Positions 18,852 through 27,323 of a DNA stretch of 64,000 nt are shown piece by piece; position 1 is the stretch's first letter, and every line of letters starts with the position of its first letter. The stretch is from NCBI GenBank assembly GCA_963754015.1, contig CAVWEG010000004.1:332734-396733 (forward strand). The letters are read 5' to 3'. This DNA is from Candidatus Dormiibacterota bacterium. GTDB lineage: Bacteria; Chloroflexota; Dormibacteria; Aeolococcales; Aeolococcaceae. The notes beneath the pieces are model-generated. The model saw only the letters and a program-made list of their open reading frames with translations, had not been told where the DNA came from and did no database searches. The position numbers and the translations under genes are program-made.

Positions 18852-19401
18852 CTATGTAGCGCACGACCAGGCCAGCCAGGTACTCTCGCTCTTCAGTTGT
18901 GAGGGCGCGGCCCTTCGGGATATCGTGCCAGTACGCGATGCAGGTGCGGCAACACGACGCGGTCGCATGTTGAGCGTAGTACAGAACATTGCCGTCGAAC
19001 GGTGTCTGGCGACCATCGTTTCGGGGGCTCTCTGCACCCACTGACATCTCGATGCGACGCGAGGCAGCCAGAAACAAGGTCGATCGGCCCTTGCGCAGCG
19101 CGTGATTTCTCGCCCGCTCGTCGAACTCGAGGTGCCAGAAGTGATGGCGAATCAGTTCCTGGCGGAGTTCGGTAAAGGTGTGGTCGACGTCCTCAAGACG
19201 GCGCTCGTGTACGCGAGGCCAATCGACCAGACGGGCATAGCAAACACGGCACGCGCCGCCCAGGCCTGCATCAAGGAGTTTCTTGCTGCTCTTGAAGCAA
19301 TGCAAATCGTTGTCACAGTCGGTGCTCGTGCAACTGATTGCCAGCTTGGGTAGCGACGGAGGGGCCTCTGGAGCTGCCATCACGCTACCATCGCCTGACA
19401 A
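18772..19401 (-). CDS. Hypothetical protein (209 aa) with Cys-containing motifs (CTSTDC...LHC; ATASCCRTC)
   Basis: ORF track. Directly upstream of, and overlapping, the radical-SAM ORF. No confident family assignment. Confidence 0.35.
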   Translation of the reverse strand: MSGDGSVMAAPEAPPSLPKLAISCTSTDCDNDLHCFKSSKKLLDAGLGGACRVCYARLVDWPRVHERRLEDVDHTFTELRQELIRHHFWHLEFDERARNHALRKGRSTLFLAASRRIEMSVGAESPRNDGRQTPFDGNVLYYAQHATASCCRTCIAYWHDIPKGRALTTEEREYLAGLVVRYIDDRWPDLPEGPTHVPYRTQAHITSND

Positions 19402-20796
19402 AGCAGATCGCGGTCCAGTGGATTGAGTGATGCGAGGTCAGCGCGCTCAAGGAGCGCATCGCGACTGGCCTCCCACGGATCCGGTCCCGATGATTGCAGA
19501 TTCGCCGCTGCACCCCACCAATTGATGCCTTGCATCGATAGACGAAATGCAAGGTAATTCGCCACGGCGCCGGTATCAACGCGCTCTGCTGCTGCGATAT
19601 TCGGTACCACACTCTTGAGACGCTCGACGCTTCCTCGGGCTCCGTCGACGCAAAGTTGGACAATGGCTTCGGCACGTCCATCGAGCAAGACATCGCCTGC
19701 AAAGCGATTCGCCATCTGCTCCGAATCGTCAGGGCTCGCCTCGTCTCCGTCAATGATGGAGCCGTCGCGATCTCCGAGGTCCAGTGTTACGTGCCCAATT
19801 TCATGGAGGAGATCGAACATCCAACGCGAGGCACTGCGATGGCCCTGTTTGAGTACGACCACCTCACGAGTATCGACGCGCCATACCGCGGCATGAAAAG
19901 CGCCGGGGTCGGCGAGTGGAAGGACGGGAATACCAAGATCCCACACGAACCGTAGCAAGTCGCCGAAACTGCCGGTCGACCCACGCTGCTGCCACGAAGT
20001 ACGAAAGGCCGACGCATGGGCAGGCACAAGCTGTTTCGGGAGGTCCTGAGTTGCGTGGAGCGTGACCAAGGCAAGGTAGTGAGCGTAGACCGTGTAGGCT
20101 TCGGCTTTCTCCTTGTCGCTGCCCTTAGGCAACTTGAAACTGGTACTTGCAAGCACTCGTCGATCCGGCTCTAAGGGCTCGCCGGAAAGGAGCGAACCAG
20201 TCTCCCATCCAAACACTCTGCCAACGCGTGAAGCGAAGTTGATGAGAGTCCCCGCATCGCCGGCGCCGCCCAGCCCATCTCGAAGTGCAGCAGGGGCAAG
20301 GCGGCGGCGTACGAAGGCTAAGCCCAGTCCCATCTCGCTCAGCCGCTGGGCCACTGCCCTACTCGTGGGCAGGGCATCGGGAAGCTCTAGACCTTGCACG
20401 TCGAGTTCCGCTGCGACCTCACGCAATCGACTCAGGCTCGCTGACGCGTATTGCGTCGCCTCATATCGCTGAATCTGCTGCTCCTTGAGACCAAGACGGT
20501 CTGCGAGCTGTCGCTGACTGAGTTCCTGCCGCGATGCGTGCACGAACAAGAAGCCGAGGGAGATCGTCGACAGTGGATAGGACTCCAACCGGGGCGCGCC
20601 CCTGGCGAAGATCATCGTATTCGCGGAGTTGAGCGCGCAGTTCGTCAACCTGACCCTCGACGGCATCGATCTCGAGTTGACGGCGGAGCTCACCCTCTGC
20701 GGCTTCCAGCGGGCGCTGTTGAACATCCTTGAGCAGCGACGCGAGGCGATCAGCCTGTGCCTTCGCAGTCCGGTACTGGACATCGTTGGTGATCAT
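19380..20796 (-). CDS. Coiled-coil/HTH-XRE/ImmA-IrrE zinc-metallopeptidase fusion, with an apparent 1-bp frameshift near 20523
   Basis: Helix 1 of the HTH (DDLPRLLVRARIAAG) lies in the frame of the 111-aa ORF. It continues as LSQRQLADRLGLKEQQIQRYE in the frame of the 467-aa ORF, with the junction at a ggaactc homopolymer. HEIGH zinc motif (LLHEIGHVTLD). Confidence 0.65.
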
Positions 20797-21381
20797 CTAC
20801 ATCAACTCCTTCAAGCTGATCGCCACGATCCCTTTAGCCCCGCCCGTGGCCTTGTCCTTTTGAAAGAAGTCCACGAGGGGTGCGCCACTCGAGGCCTCGA
20901 TTACGTTCGGCAAGATGTCTCCGCGATACAGCGCCTGCTGGGCGGCCCGCGGCGGGCGAACATCTCGGAGGACAGGGGTGAGCAGTGAAATCGTCACGCC
21001 GCCCATCTCCCAGCACACGTCGTAGTCATTCGGCACCCCTTTGTCTGTGACGAAACTGCCGTCAAGATAGACCCGCTCACATCCAGCCTCCCCGAGGTGC
21101 TCAAGCGCCAAGCGAAGCCCGCGAAGCTGTTCGATCCGGTGCGTGGTACCCCCGAAGCGAGTCGCGACCTCGTCCCACTTTGCGTCGTGGATTCCCGGTG
21201 GTAGCAGGCCTCGGCGGTCGTAGTCGGGAATCATGACCACAACTATAACGTTGTGGTCATGAGAACGCAAGCTCTCGGCCAACTCGACCGATTGACCAAA
21301 TCCGCCGACGTTGAACGGCGGACGACCGACCATCGAGATCCGCTGAGCGTCCTGATGCCGGGGCACGCGCGCAAATGCCAT
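20797..21381 (-). CDS. Nucleotidyltransferase-fold protein (putative)
   Basis: YLDGSFVTDKGVPNDYDVCW resembles the minimal-NTase hG[GS]x9-13Dh[DE]h motif. Immediately upstream of the HTH-ImmA gene. Confidence 0.35.
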   Translation of the reverse strand: MAFARVPRHQDAQRISMVGRPPFNVGGFGQSVELAESLRSHDHNVIVVVMIPDYDRRGLLPPGIHDAKWDEVATRFGGTTHRIEQLRGLRLALEHLGEAGCERVYLDGSFVTDKGVPNDYDVCWEMGGVTISLLTPVLRDVRPPRAAQQALYRGDILPNVIEASSGAPLVDFFQKDKATGGAKGIVAISLKELM

Positions 21382-21575
21382 GCGTCAACCATGGCGAGTT
21401 GCGCGAGGCAAGATGCAACCACGTACTTCGGGCGCGAATACGAGCGGGCGACCAGGCGGTCGAATTACCACCGCCCGCCCGGAAACTCACCTCAGCCGAC
21501 CTTGACGTTCCTCTAGGACTCGGCGTAAAAACGACTCCACTGTCCGTAACAACGGATGCGGGAGGGAGCGCGAGA

Positions 21576-21887
21576 ATGGACTGGAAGCGTGTTCCGTCAG
21601 GCGCATCGGGGCGTGCGGGCGACATGACCGGACAGGTTCAGATTCGGATCACCGCCGCCTGCCTCTGCCAATGCGACCATATGGACGCGGCTATCGACCG
21701 CGCTGCAGATGTCATCTACAGGCGACACCAGCGCGGAGGGCCCTGCATTGCCGGTGACCTCCAAGCCGGGATGATCAGTATCCTCACCTACGTTGACGAC
21801 GAAGATTGCGACGAACGGCTGCCACAGTTACGCGCGCTCTGTCTCGCGATTGAAGGCAGTTCCCATATCCACTTCTCCCAACGGTAG
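21576..21887 (+). CDS. Hypothetical small protein
   Basis: C-terminal part of ORF 21375-21887 from an internal Met (MDWKRVPSG...). No motifs; competing antisense ORFs exist. Confidence 0.2.
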   Translation: MDWKRVPSGASGRAGDMTGQVQIRITAACLCQCDHMDAAIDRAADVIYRRHQRGGPCIAGDLQAGMISILTYVDDEDCDERLPQLRALCLAIEGSSHIHFSQR

Positions 21888-22503
21888 TCTGCCCGAAGGC
21901 TACTTACCGCGCACCGCCTAGTGACTTGTCGGGACCGTACGCTTGCCGAGGCGTAATGTCAAACTGCCGACTCCATCTCTTGAGCGGTGATGGACAGTTG
22001 GCAAATGACGGAGCGGAGGGCGCTGCTATTCCGCCACGTAACCGCAACGACCCGAACAAGTGATGAGGCGACTGCGATTCGTTCGCCGCTCACGGTTAAG
22101 GATGGTGTGTAGCGCAACTTCCGATGCTCTTATCCCGTTTGAGTTAATCCTCCGCCCCCGCGTTCCAACGATGCTGCCACACTTGGCGATAACGGAGTTC
22201 GCCTAGTGTTCCTTTAGGCGTGATCCTGTCCGTCAGCGCTTCCTCGCGCACCGAGCCCGGGTGCCCTCCGTGTTGTAGATCTCCAGCAGCGGGAAAGCCC
22301 AAGGACGTTGATGAGTTCACGCCGGCGTTCCAGCTGAGCCGCGTGCGCTCTCCGTCGCAACCGAACTCCGCACGCGAAGCTGGGTTCGTCTCCGACCGGA
22401 TCATGCGACCTCACACGGAATGGCGGGCTCCTCGGTCGTCCGCGCGGATGGGCGCTTCGCGCGGGATCCGCAACGATAGCCATCAACACGGGTCAGGACG
22501 AAG

Positions 22504-23811
22504 TCACGTTCTTGACCGCTCGTTGATCCAGGACTCATATCGGTCGTAGACATATCGCGGCGAGCTCAGTCCCAGCGCCGAAGAAACCTCCTGAATCCCC
22601 GCTCCACCGCGCAGCATGGTCACAGCCGCCGTGTCGCGAAGGTCTTGAAACGTATAGACAGGGATGTGGACCGATCTGCAGCGTTCGCGCAGCCGTTGGC
22701 TCATCTCGCTGCTCTGATACGGCTTGCCGGAGCGAGCCGCAACCACCAGCTCCAGATCGCCTGGTGCACTCGGCACCTGTCTCCGTATCTGCGCAGCCCG
22801 GCTGCGTTGCAGCGCTTCGAGAACCTCGGTCGTCAGCTGCAGACGCCGCGCCTGGCCGGCTTTGAGCGGCACCGACTGGGTTCCGTAGCGAGTGCTGTCG
22901 TTGTCGCCGGGCTCGAGTGTGCGAATCAACTTACTCCTCACCTCGATAGCCCGCTCCTCGACGAGGACGCGGCTCCAGCGCAGGTCGAGAATTTCACCCA
23001 GATCCATCCCCGTCCGAAGCGCGAGCAGGCAGGCCGCGTTGAGCTGGGGATCGCGGAGCCCAAGGAGGCGTTGTTCGTCCCCGGGCTCGAGAAGGCGAAC
23101 CGCGACCGTCGCCGGGGCCGGCCACGTGTAGTGCCCCGCCGCCGGGTTCCCGGCAAGCAAACCAGCATCCATTGCAGCTTGGAGCGCGGCGTGCAAGGTC
23201 GCGTGACACCGCTTGGCTGTCCCGCCACTCATGCCCTTAGCCAGCAGATGCACGTAGCCCTCCCGCACCCGAGGAGCACGCAGGCCGAGTAGGACCTCAT
23301 CGCCAAACTCGGGGATGAGGTGCAAGCGAACGCTCTCTTCGTAGCGATGCCAGGAGCGCGAATCCAGATCCGGTTTGCGCAGTTCGAGCCACTTCCCGAG
23401 CCAGTGCGCGACGCTCGGGTTTCCACGCCCAGTTGCATCGAGTAAGTGTTGTTCTGCCTCATCGGCTGTTGCCCCCGTGACCGAGACTCGCTTACCTGTC
23501 GCTTGGTCGACGCCTCGGGCGCGCCACGTCCCTCCCTCGATCGCTGGGGGAGTAACCGTGCCCTGGCCTCGAGGTCGGTGCGCGCGGGTCGCCGCGACAA
23601 GAGCGGGAGCCGAATGGTTCTCCGCCGCCATCGCCGCGGCAATCTTCGGCTCCAGCTCCTCCTTCGTCGGGGCATAGATATCCCGGCGGACCTTCCGCCC
23701 AGTACTGTCGACGGCCCAGTAGCGTCCCCGCCAGAGGCCGTCCGGTCGCGGCTTGGTATCCAGCGACGGTGGACGCCGAGGCAAAGCAGACATGGTGGGC
23801 GAGCTTAGCAA
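22504..23811 (-). CDS. Tyrosine-type site-specific recombinase (phage integrase family)
   Basis: C-terminal catalytic region ...TFQDLRDTAAVTMLRGGAGIQEVSSALGLSSPRYVYDRY (R-H/D-R-Y pattern with terminal Tyr). Adjacent to the tRNA 3' end. Confidence 0.85.
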   Translation of the reverse strand: MLSSPTMSALPRRPPSLDTKPRPDGLWRGRYWAVDSTGRKVRRDIYAPTKEELEPKIAAAMAAENHSAPALVAATRAHRPRGQGTVTPPAIEGGTWRARGVDQATGKRVSVTGATADEAEQHLLDATGRGNPSVAHWLGKWLELRKPDLDSRSWHRYEESVRLHLIPEFGDEVLLGLRAPRVREGYVHLLAKGMSGGTAKRCHATLHAALQAAMDAGLLAGNPAAGHYTWPAPATVAVRLLEPGDEQRLLGLRDPQLNAACLLALRTGMDLGEILDLRWSRVLVEERAIEVRSKLIRTLEPGDNDSTRYGTQSVPLKAGQARRLQLTTEVLEALQRSRAAQIRRQVPSAPGDLELVVAARSGKPYQSSEMSQRLRERCRSVHIPVYTFQDLRDTAAVTMLRGGAGIQEVSSALGLSSPRYVYDRYESWINERSRT

Positions 23812-24034
23812 AACTGGGGTAAAAGTGGGGTAAAAAAGGCGTTCAAAACGCTACGGCGAATCCGGAGCATGTATCATCTCGGTAGATATGGACTCGATAT
23901 GGACTCTGAGCTGGGGTACAGACCCCTCCAGCCACTCCTTTGACCCTAATCTGACCCTAATGTGGGGTGGGCGCTACTGGGCACTGGCGGGCACTGGCGT
24001 ATTCGGATTGACCGACACTGAGATCAAAAGACGC
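23812..24034. repeat. AT-rich att-site arm region with four pairs of short tandem direct repeats
   Basis: Seen directly: ggggtaaaaGTggggtaaaa, atatggactcGatatggactc, tgaccctaatCtgaccctaat, gggcactggcgggcactggcg. Lies between the integrase start and the tRNA-Ser 3' end. Confidence 0.45.
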
Positions 24035-24123
24035 GGAGCGAGAGGGATTCGAACCCTCGATACCAGTTTCCCGGTATACCGCATTTCCAATGCGGCGCCC
24101 TCGGCCAACTAGGCGATCGCTCC
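24035..24123 (-). tRNA. tRNA-Ser (anticodon GGA)
   Basis: Hand-folded reverse complement: acceptor GGAGCGA/TCGCTCC; anticodon stem CCGCA/TGCGG with loop TTGGAAA; long variable arm; T-arm GAGGG-TTCGAAT-CCCTC. No encoded CCA. Confidence 0.85.
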
Positions 24124-24248
24124 TCAGCGATTGTATCCGCGCCTACGCGGCCAGCCCCGCGCCGGGACGCCTCAGTGCGTTTCGGCGACAATGACCGCAG
24201 GGTATCTACGTCTCTAGCTACTCATCGCCTCAGGGGGTAACCCACACC

Positions 24249-24404
24249 ATGTGTGTCCTGTTCGCCTTTCTGCTATTCACCGTCCTCCTCTTCGGGCTCG
24301 GCTTCGCCCTGCACGTGCTCTGGTGGATCGCGCTGATTTTCCTGATCTTCTGGCTGATCGGCCTTGCCTTCCGGCCGCGCGGGGGGCGCTGGTACTACTG
24401 GTAG
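24249..24404 (+). CDS. Small hydrophobic membrane protein (51 aa, W/Y-rich C-terminus)
   Basis: AGGGGG lies ~10 nt upstream of the ATG. MCVLFAFLLFTVLLFGLGFALHVLWWIALIFLIFWLIGLAFRPRGGRWYYW. Sits between two tRNA-Ser genes. Confidence 0.4.
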   Translation: MCVLFAFLLFTVLLFGLGFALHVLWWIALIFLIFWLIGLAFRPRGGRWYYW

Positions 24405-24457
24405 GGCTCGGCTGACGCCGGGTCTGCTCCAGGCTCGCCCGTATACTCGACGCTCCC

Positions 24458-24546
<89 letters not shown>

Positions 24547-24566
24547 AATCGGGCGCCGCGCCTAGC

Positions 24567-25310
24567 TCACCCGGATACTCGCCATACCGCCGTCGACCGC
24601 AAGGATCGTTCCCGTCGTCGATCGCGGACAGCGGGACTCGCGAGGTAGGCGATCGCAAAGGCGATCTCATCGGCGGTGACCAGCCGGCCCATCGGCTGGC
24701 GAGCTCGCAAAGCTGCGGCCGCCGCTGCCGGATCGGACGCCTGGTCGAGCAGCCGTCCTACCCACGGCGTGTCTGCCGTGCCGGGAGTGACAGCGTTGAC
24801 CCGGATGCCCTGCTTGACATGGTCCGCGGCCATCGCGAGCGTCAACGCATGTACCGCGCCCTTGCTCGCGGAATAGAGCGCGCGTTGTGGCACGCCGACC
24901 CTGGCGACCGCAGAGCACGTGTTGACGATGGCTGCATGGCTTGACTGCAGCAGCAACGGCAGCGCCGCCCGCGTCATGCGCGCGATCCCGATCACGTTGA
25001 CGTCGAGAACGCGTTGCCACTCCGCGTCGTCGTTCTGCGTCGCGTCGCCGACCGCACCAATACCCGCGTTGTTGACGAGGATGTCGAGGCCTCCGAGTCT
25101 CTCTGCGACGGTCGCGACGGCTGCGTCGACACTGGCCGAATCGGAGACCTCGCAAGGGACTTCGAGCATCGTGGTTTCCGCGACTGCGGTATAGGAGCGA
25201 TCGAGCAGCGCAACTCGCGCGCCGCGGTCGCGAAGCTGCACCGCCGTCGCCGCGCCGATGCCGCTGGCACCACCGGTGACGACTGCGACCAGTCCGTCGA
25301 AGTCATTCAT
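24567..25310 (-). CDS. Short-chain dehydrogenase/reductase (SDR)
   Basis: VAVVTGGASGIGAATA cofactor motif. Start trimmed to MNDFDGL to remove the overlap with the ADH gene. Confidence 0.8.
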   Translation of the reverse strand: MNDFDGLVAVVTGGASGIGAATAVQLRDRGARVALLDRSYTAVAETTMLEVPCEVSDSASVDAAVATVAERLGGLDILVNNAGIGAVGDATQNDDAEWQRVLDVNVIGIARMTRAALPLLLQSSHAAIVNTCSAVARVGVPQRALYSASKGAVHALTLAMAADHVKQGIRVNAVTPGTADTPWVGRLLDQASDPAAAAAALRARQPMGRLVTADEIAFAIAYLASPAVRDRRRERSLRSTAVWRVSG

Positions 25311-25324
25311 GTCGCTGCTCCCGT

Positions 25325-26338
25325 CTACAGACGTGGGTCGATGTGGATCTTCGGGCCACTGGGCTCGGTGTCGGGACGCCATCCGGACAGCACATCGCCA
25401 ACATGATCGAGGCCGACCGTCGCAGCAATCAGCGTCCTGGGATCAACGGACCCGCCGGCATAATGCTCGATCGTTCCAGTGAGCGCCTGCGACGCCCCGA
25501 GAACCCCCACAGCCGTGACGTCCTTCAACGCCATCGTGCGCGTGTCGATGAGGCTCGGGGTTCCGGCAAGTCCGACATACACGACCCGTTTGCCAGGTTC
25601 GACGAGGTCGAGCGCGAGCGCCGGAAGCGCTGCCGCATTGGAGCAGTCGATGACCGCATGCCATGGGAGCGACGGCAGTTCGTCCTGCAGCCAAGTACCC
25701 GCGTAGCCGCGTGCACGAGTGAACTGGAGTGCGTCGACCGAACGGCCCATGAGGTGAACTTCGACACCGGCGGCTCGCGCGAACTCGGCAGCAAGCAGTC
25801 CCATCGTGCCGGTGCCGAGGATCAGCACGCGATCCCCGTCGGACAGCGCGGCGCCCCATACGGCACGCAGCGCGTTCCCGCCGGGCTCGACCATCGCTCC
25901 TGCGGCGTCATCGACACTGTCGGGAAGCGGCACCAGCGCGCTTGCCGGCACCGCGAGTCGTTCCGCCAGTGCACCCGGAAAGGTGCCCCGGACGCCGAGC
26001 TCGCTGCGGGTCTCGCACACGTGATGACGACCGGAGCGGCACCGATCGCAGTGCCCGCACCCGATCATCGTGTCCCCGACCACGCGCCGCCCGAGCCACG
26101 ACGCGTCGACCCCCTCCCCGAGCGCAGCGACGACGCCGCACCATTCGTGCCCGAGACGCATGGGGTAGTGCGATATCCCCTGGTGCAGGTAGGCCATCTC
26201 ACCCGTCCAGAACTCCATGTCCGTCCCGCACACACCGACGCGATGAATCTCGACGACAACCTCGCCCACACGCGCAGCCGCATCGGGGACCTCTTGCACA
26301 CCACCCTCGTGTGGCGCCGTCACGACGTACGCCTTCAT
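25325..26338 (-). CDS. Zinc-dependent alcohol dehydrogenase (MDR family)
   Basis: GVCGTDMEFW zinc-ligand motif and a GxGxxG Rossmann motif (ILGTGTMGLLAAEFA). Start trimmed to MKAYVV. Confidence 0.8.
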   Translation of the reverse strand: MKAYVVTAPHEGGVQEVPDAAARVGEVVVEIHRVGVCGTDMEFWTGEMAYLHQGISHYPMRLGHEWCGVVAALGEGVDASWLGRRVVGDTMIGCGHCDRCRSGRHHVCETRSELGVRGTFPGALAERLAVPASALVPLPDSVDDAAGAMVEPGGNALRAVWGAALSDGDRVLILGTGTMGLLAAEFARAAGVEVHLMGRSVDALQFTRARGYAGTWLQDELPSLPWHAVIDCSNAAALPALALDLVEPGKRVVYVGLAGTPSLIDTRTMALKDVTAVGVLGASQALTGTIEHYAGGSVDPRTLIAATVGLDHVGDVLSGWRPDTEPSGPKIHIDPRL

Positions 26339-26351
26339 GCGACGTCGACGC

Positions 26352-27260
26352 TCACGATCCGGCGCGCAGCGGTTGCGTGCCCGACCACGGCGGCACCGGA
26401 AGGCCACGGACTTCAACGTGCGCGACGAACAACCGACCGGCGTCCCGGTACTCGCGCGGCGGACTCTCACCGCGCTTCTTGGACGATGTGGTTATCAGCA
26501 ATGTGTCGAGATCTGGCCCGACAAACGCCGCACTCGTCGTGTGCGGCGCATCGACGTCGACGACGGCGATCTCCTCACCCGCCGGTGAGTAACAGCGAAC
26601 CTGCCCCGCTCCCCATACAGCGATCCAGAGATTCCCTTCGCTGTCGAGGCACATGCCGTCGGGATCGCCGCCGCTGACGTGCAGAAACTCGCGGCGCGAA
26701 CCGACCGCACCCGACTCGACGTCGTAGTCGCGGATCCAGACGGTCCCGCGCCTGCTGTCGATGCTGTAGAGCTCGGTGCCGCCGGGCGTGAACGCAAGGC
26801 CGTTCGACAGTCCCAGGTCATCGTCGATCACTGTGACTTGGCCATCCGATTCGACTCGAACGAGGACCTCCTGATTGACACGCCCGTCCAATGCGAGGCT
26901 CCCCACGAGAAACCGTCCGGCCGGATCGCACCCTCCGTCATTCAGGCGGCTTGCCGTCCCGTCGGGCACGATCTGCGGACCGTCGCTGACGACACCCTCA
27001 CTGGAGATGTGGTGCAGGCGCCGCTTACCCGCCACGAGGACCTCACCGGCGCGAGAGCTCACCACCGCGCCGGCCGTTTCAGGGAAAGCGGCCAGAGTTT
27101 CGTCACTTACGGAGTCGCCATCGAGTGCCCCCGCGTGCACTGCTCCGGCATCGATATCGACCCACAGCACGCGGTTCCGGGGTGCATCCCAGAAGGGGCC
27201 CTCGCCCAGTTGGTAGCGTCGCTCAGAAGCTGGAGCAGCCCGAAACCGACGCAATGCCAT
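26352..27260 (-). CDS. SMP-30/gluconolactonase/LRE-family lactonase
   Basis: N-terminal YQLGEGPFWD and repeated beta-propeller motifs. Its genomic context with a sugar dehydrogenase and a dehydratase supports the call. Confidence 0.7.
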   Translation of the reverse strand: MALRRFRAAPASERRYQLGEGPFWDAPRNRVLWVDIDAGAVHAGALDGDSVSDETLAAFPETAGAVVSSRAGEVLVAGKRRLHHISSEGVVSDGPQIVPDGTASRLNDGGCDPAGRFLVGSLALDGRVNQEVLVRVESDGQVTVIDDDLGLSNGLAFTPGGTELYSIDSRRGTVWIRDYDVESGAVGSRREFLHVSGGDPDGMCLDSEGNLWIAVWGAGQVRCYSPAGEEIAVVDVDAPHTTSAAFVGPDLDTLLITTSSKKRGESPPREYRDAGRLFVAHVEVRGLPVPPWSGTQPLRAGS

Positions 27261-27323
27261 GTGCGCTCGACAATATAGGGCCTCCTCAGAACGCGTCGTC
27301 CGGGCAGTGCAAGGGGGTCAACC

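Larger units (their letters stand above)
1..24123. mobile_element. Putative tRNA-Ser(GGA)-associated integrative genomic island. Right end is the integrase, arm repeats and tRNA 3' end; left boundary is not identified and may lie outside the window.
   Basis: A tyrosine integrase lies next to the tRNA 3' end with an AT-rich tract of paired direct repeats between them. Cargo is dominated by defence-like, modification and peptide-export genes that differ in character from the core region beyond 24.5 kb. No second copy of the tRNA 3' end was found in the window. Confidence 0.4.

Noticed and set aside
20461-20796. 111-aa ORF as an independent small coiled-coil protein or toxin-antitoxin partner of the NTase-fold gene
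   Set aside because: Its C-terminus encodes helix 1 of an XRE HTH. The remaining HTH helices and the ImmA peptidase continue in the adjacent frame, so it is the frameshifted N-terminus of the HTH-ImmA gene rather than a separate gene. It also lacks a HEPN Rx4-6H motif.
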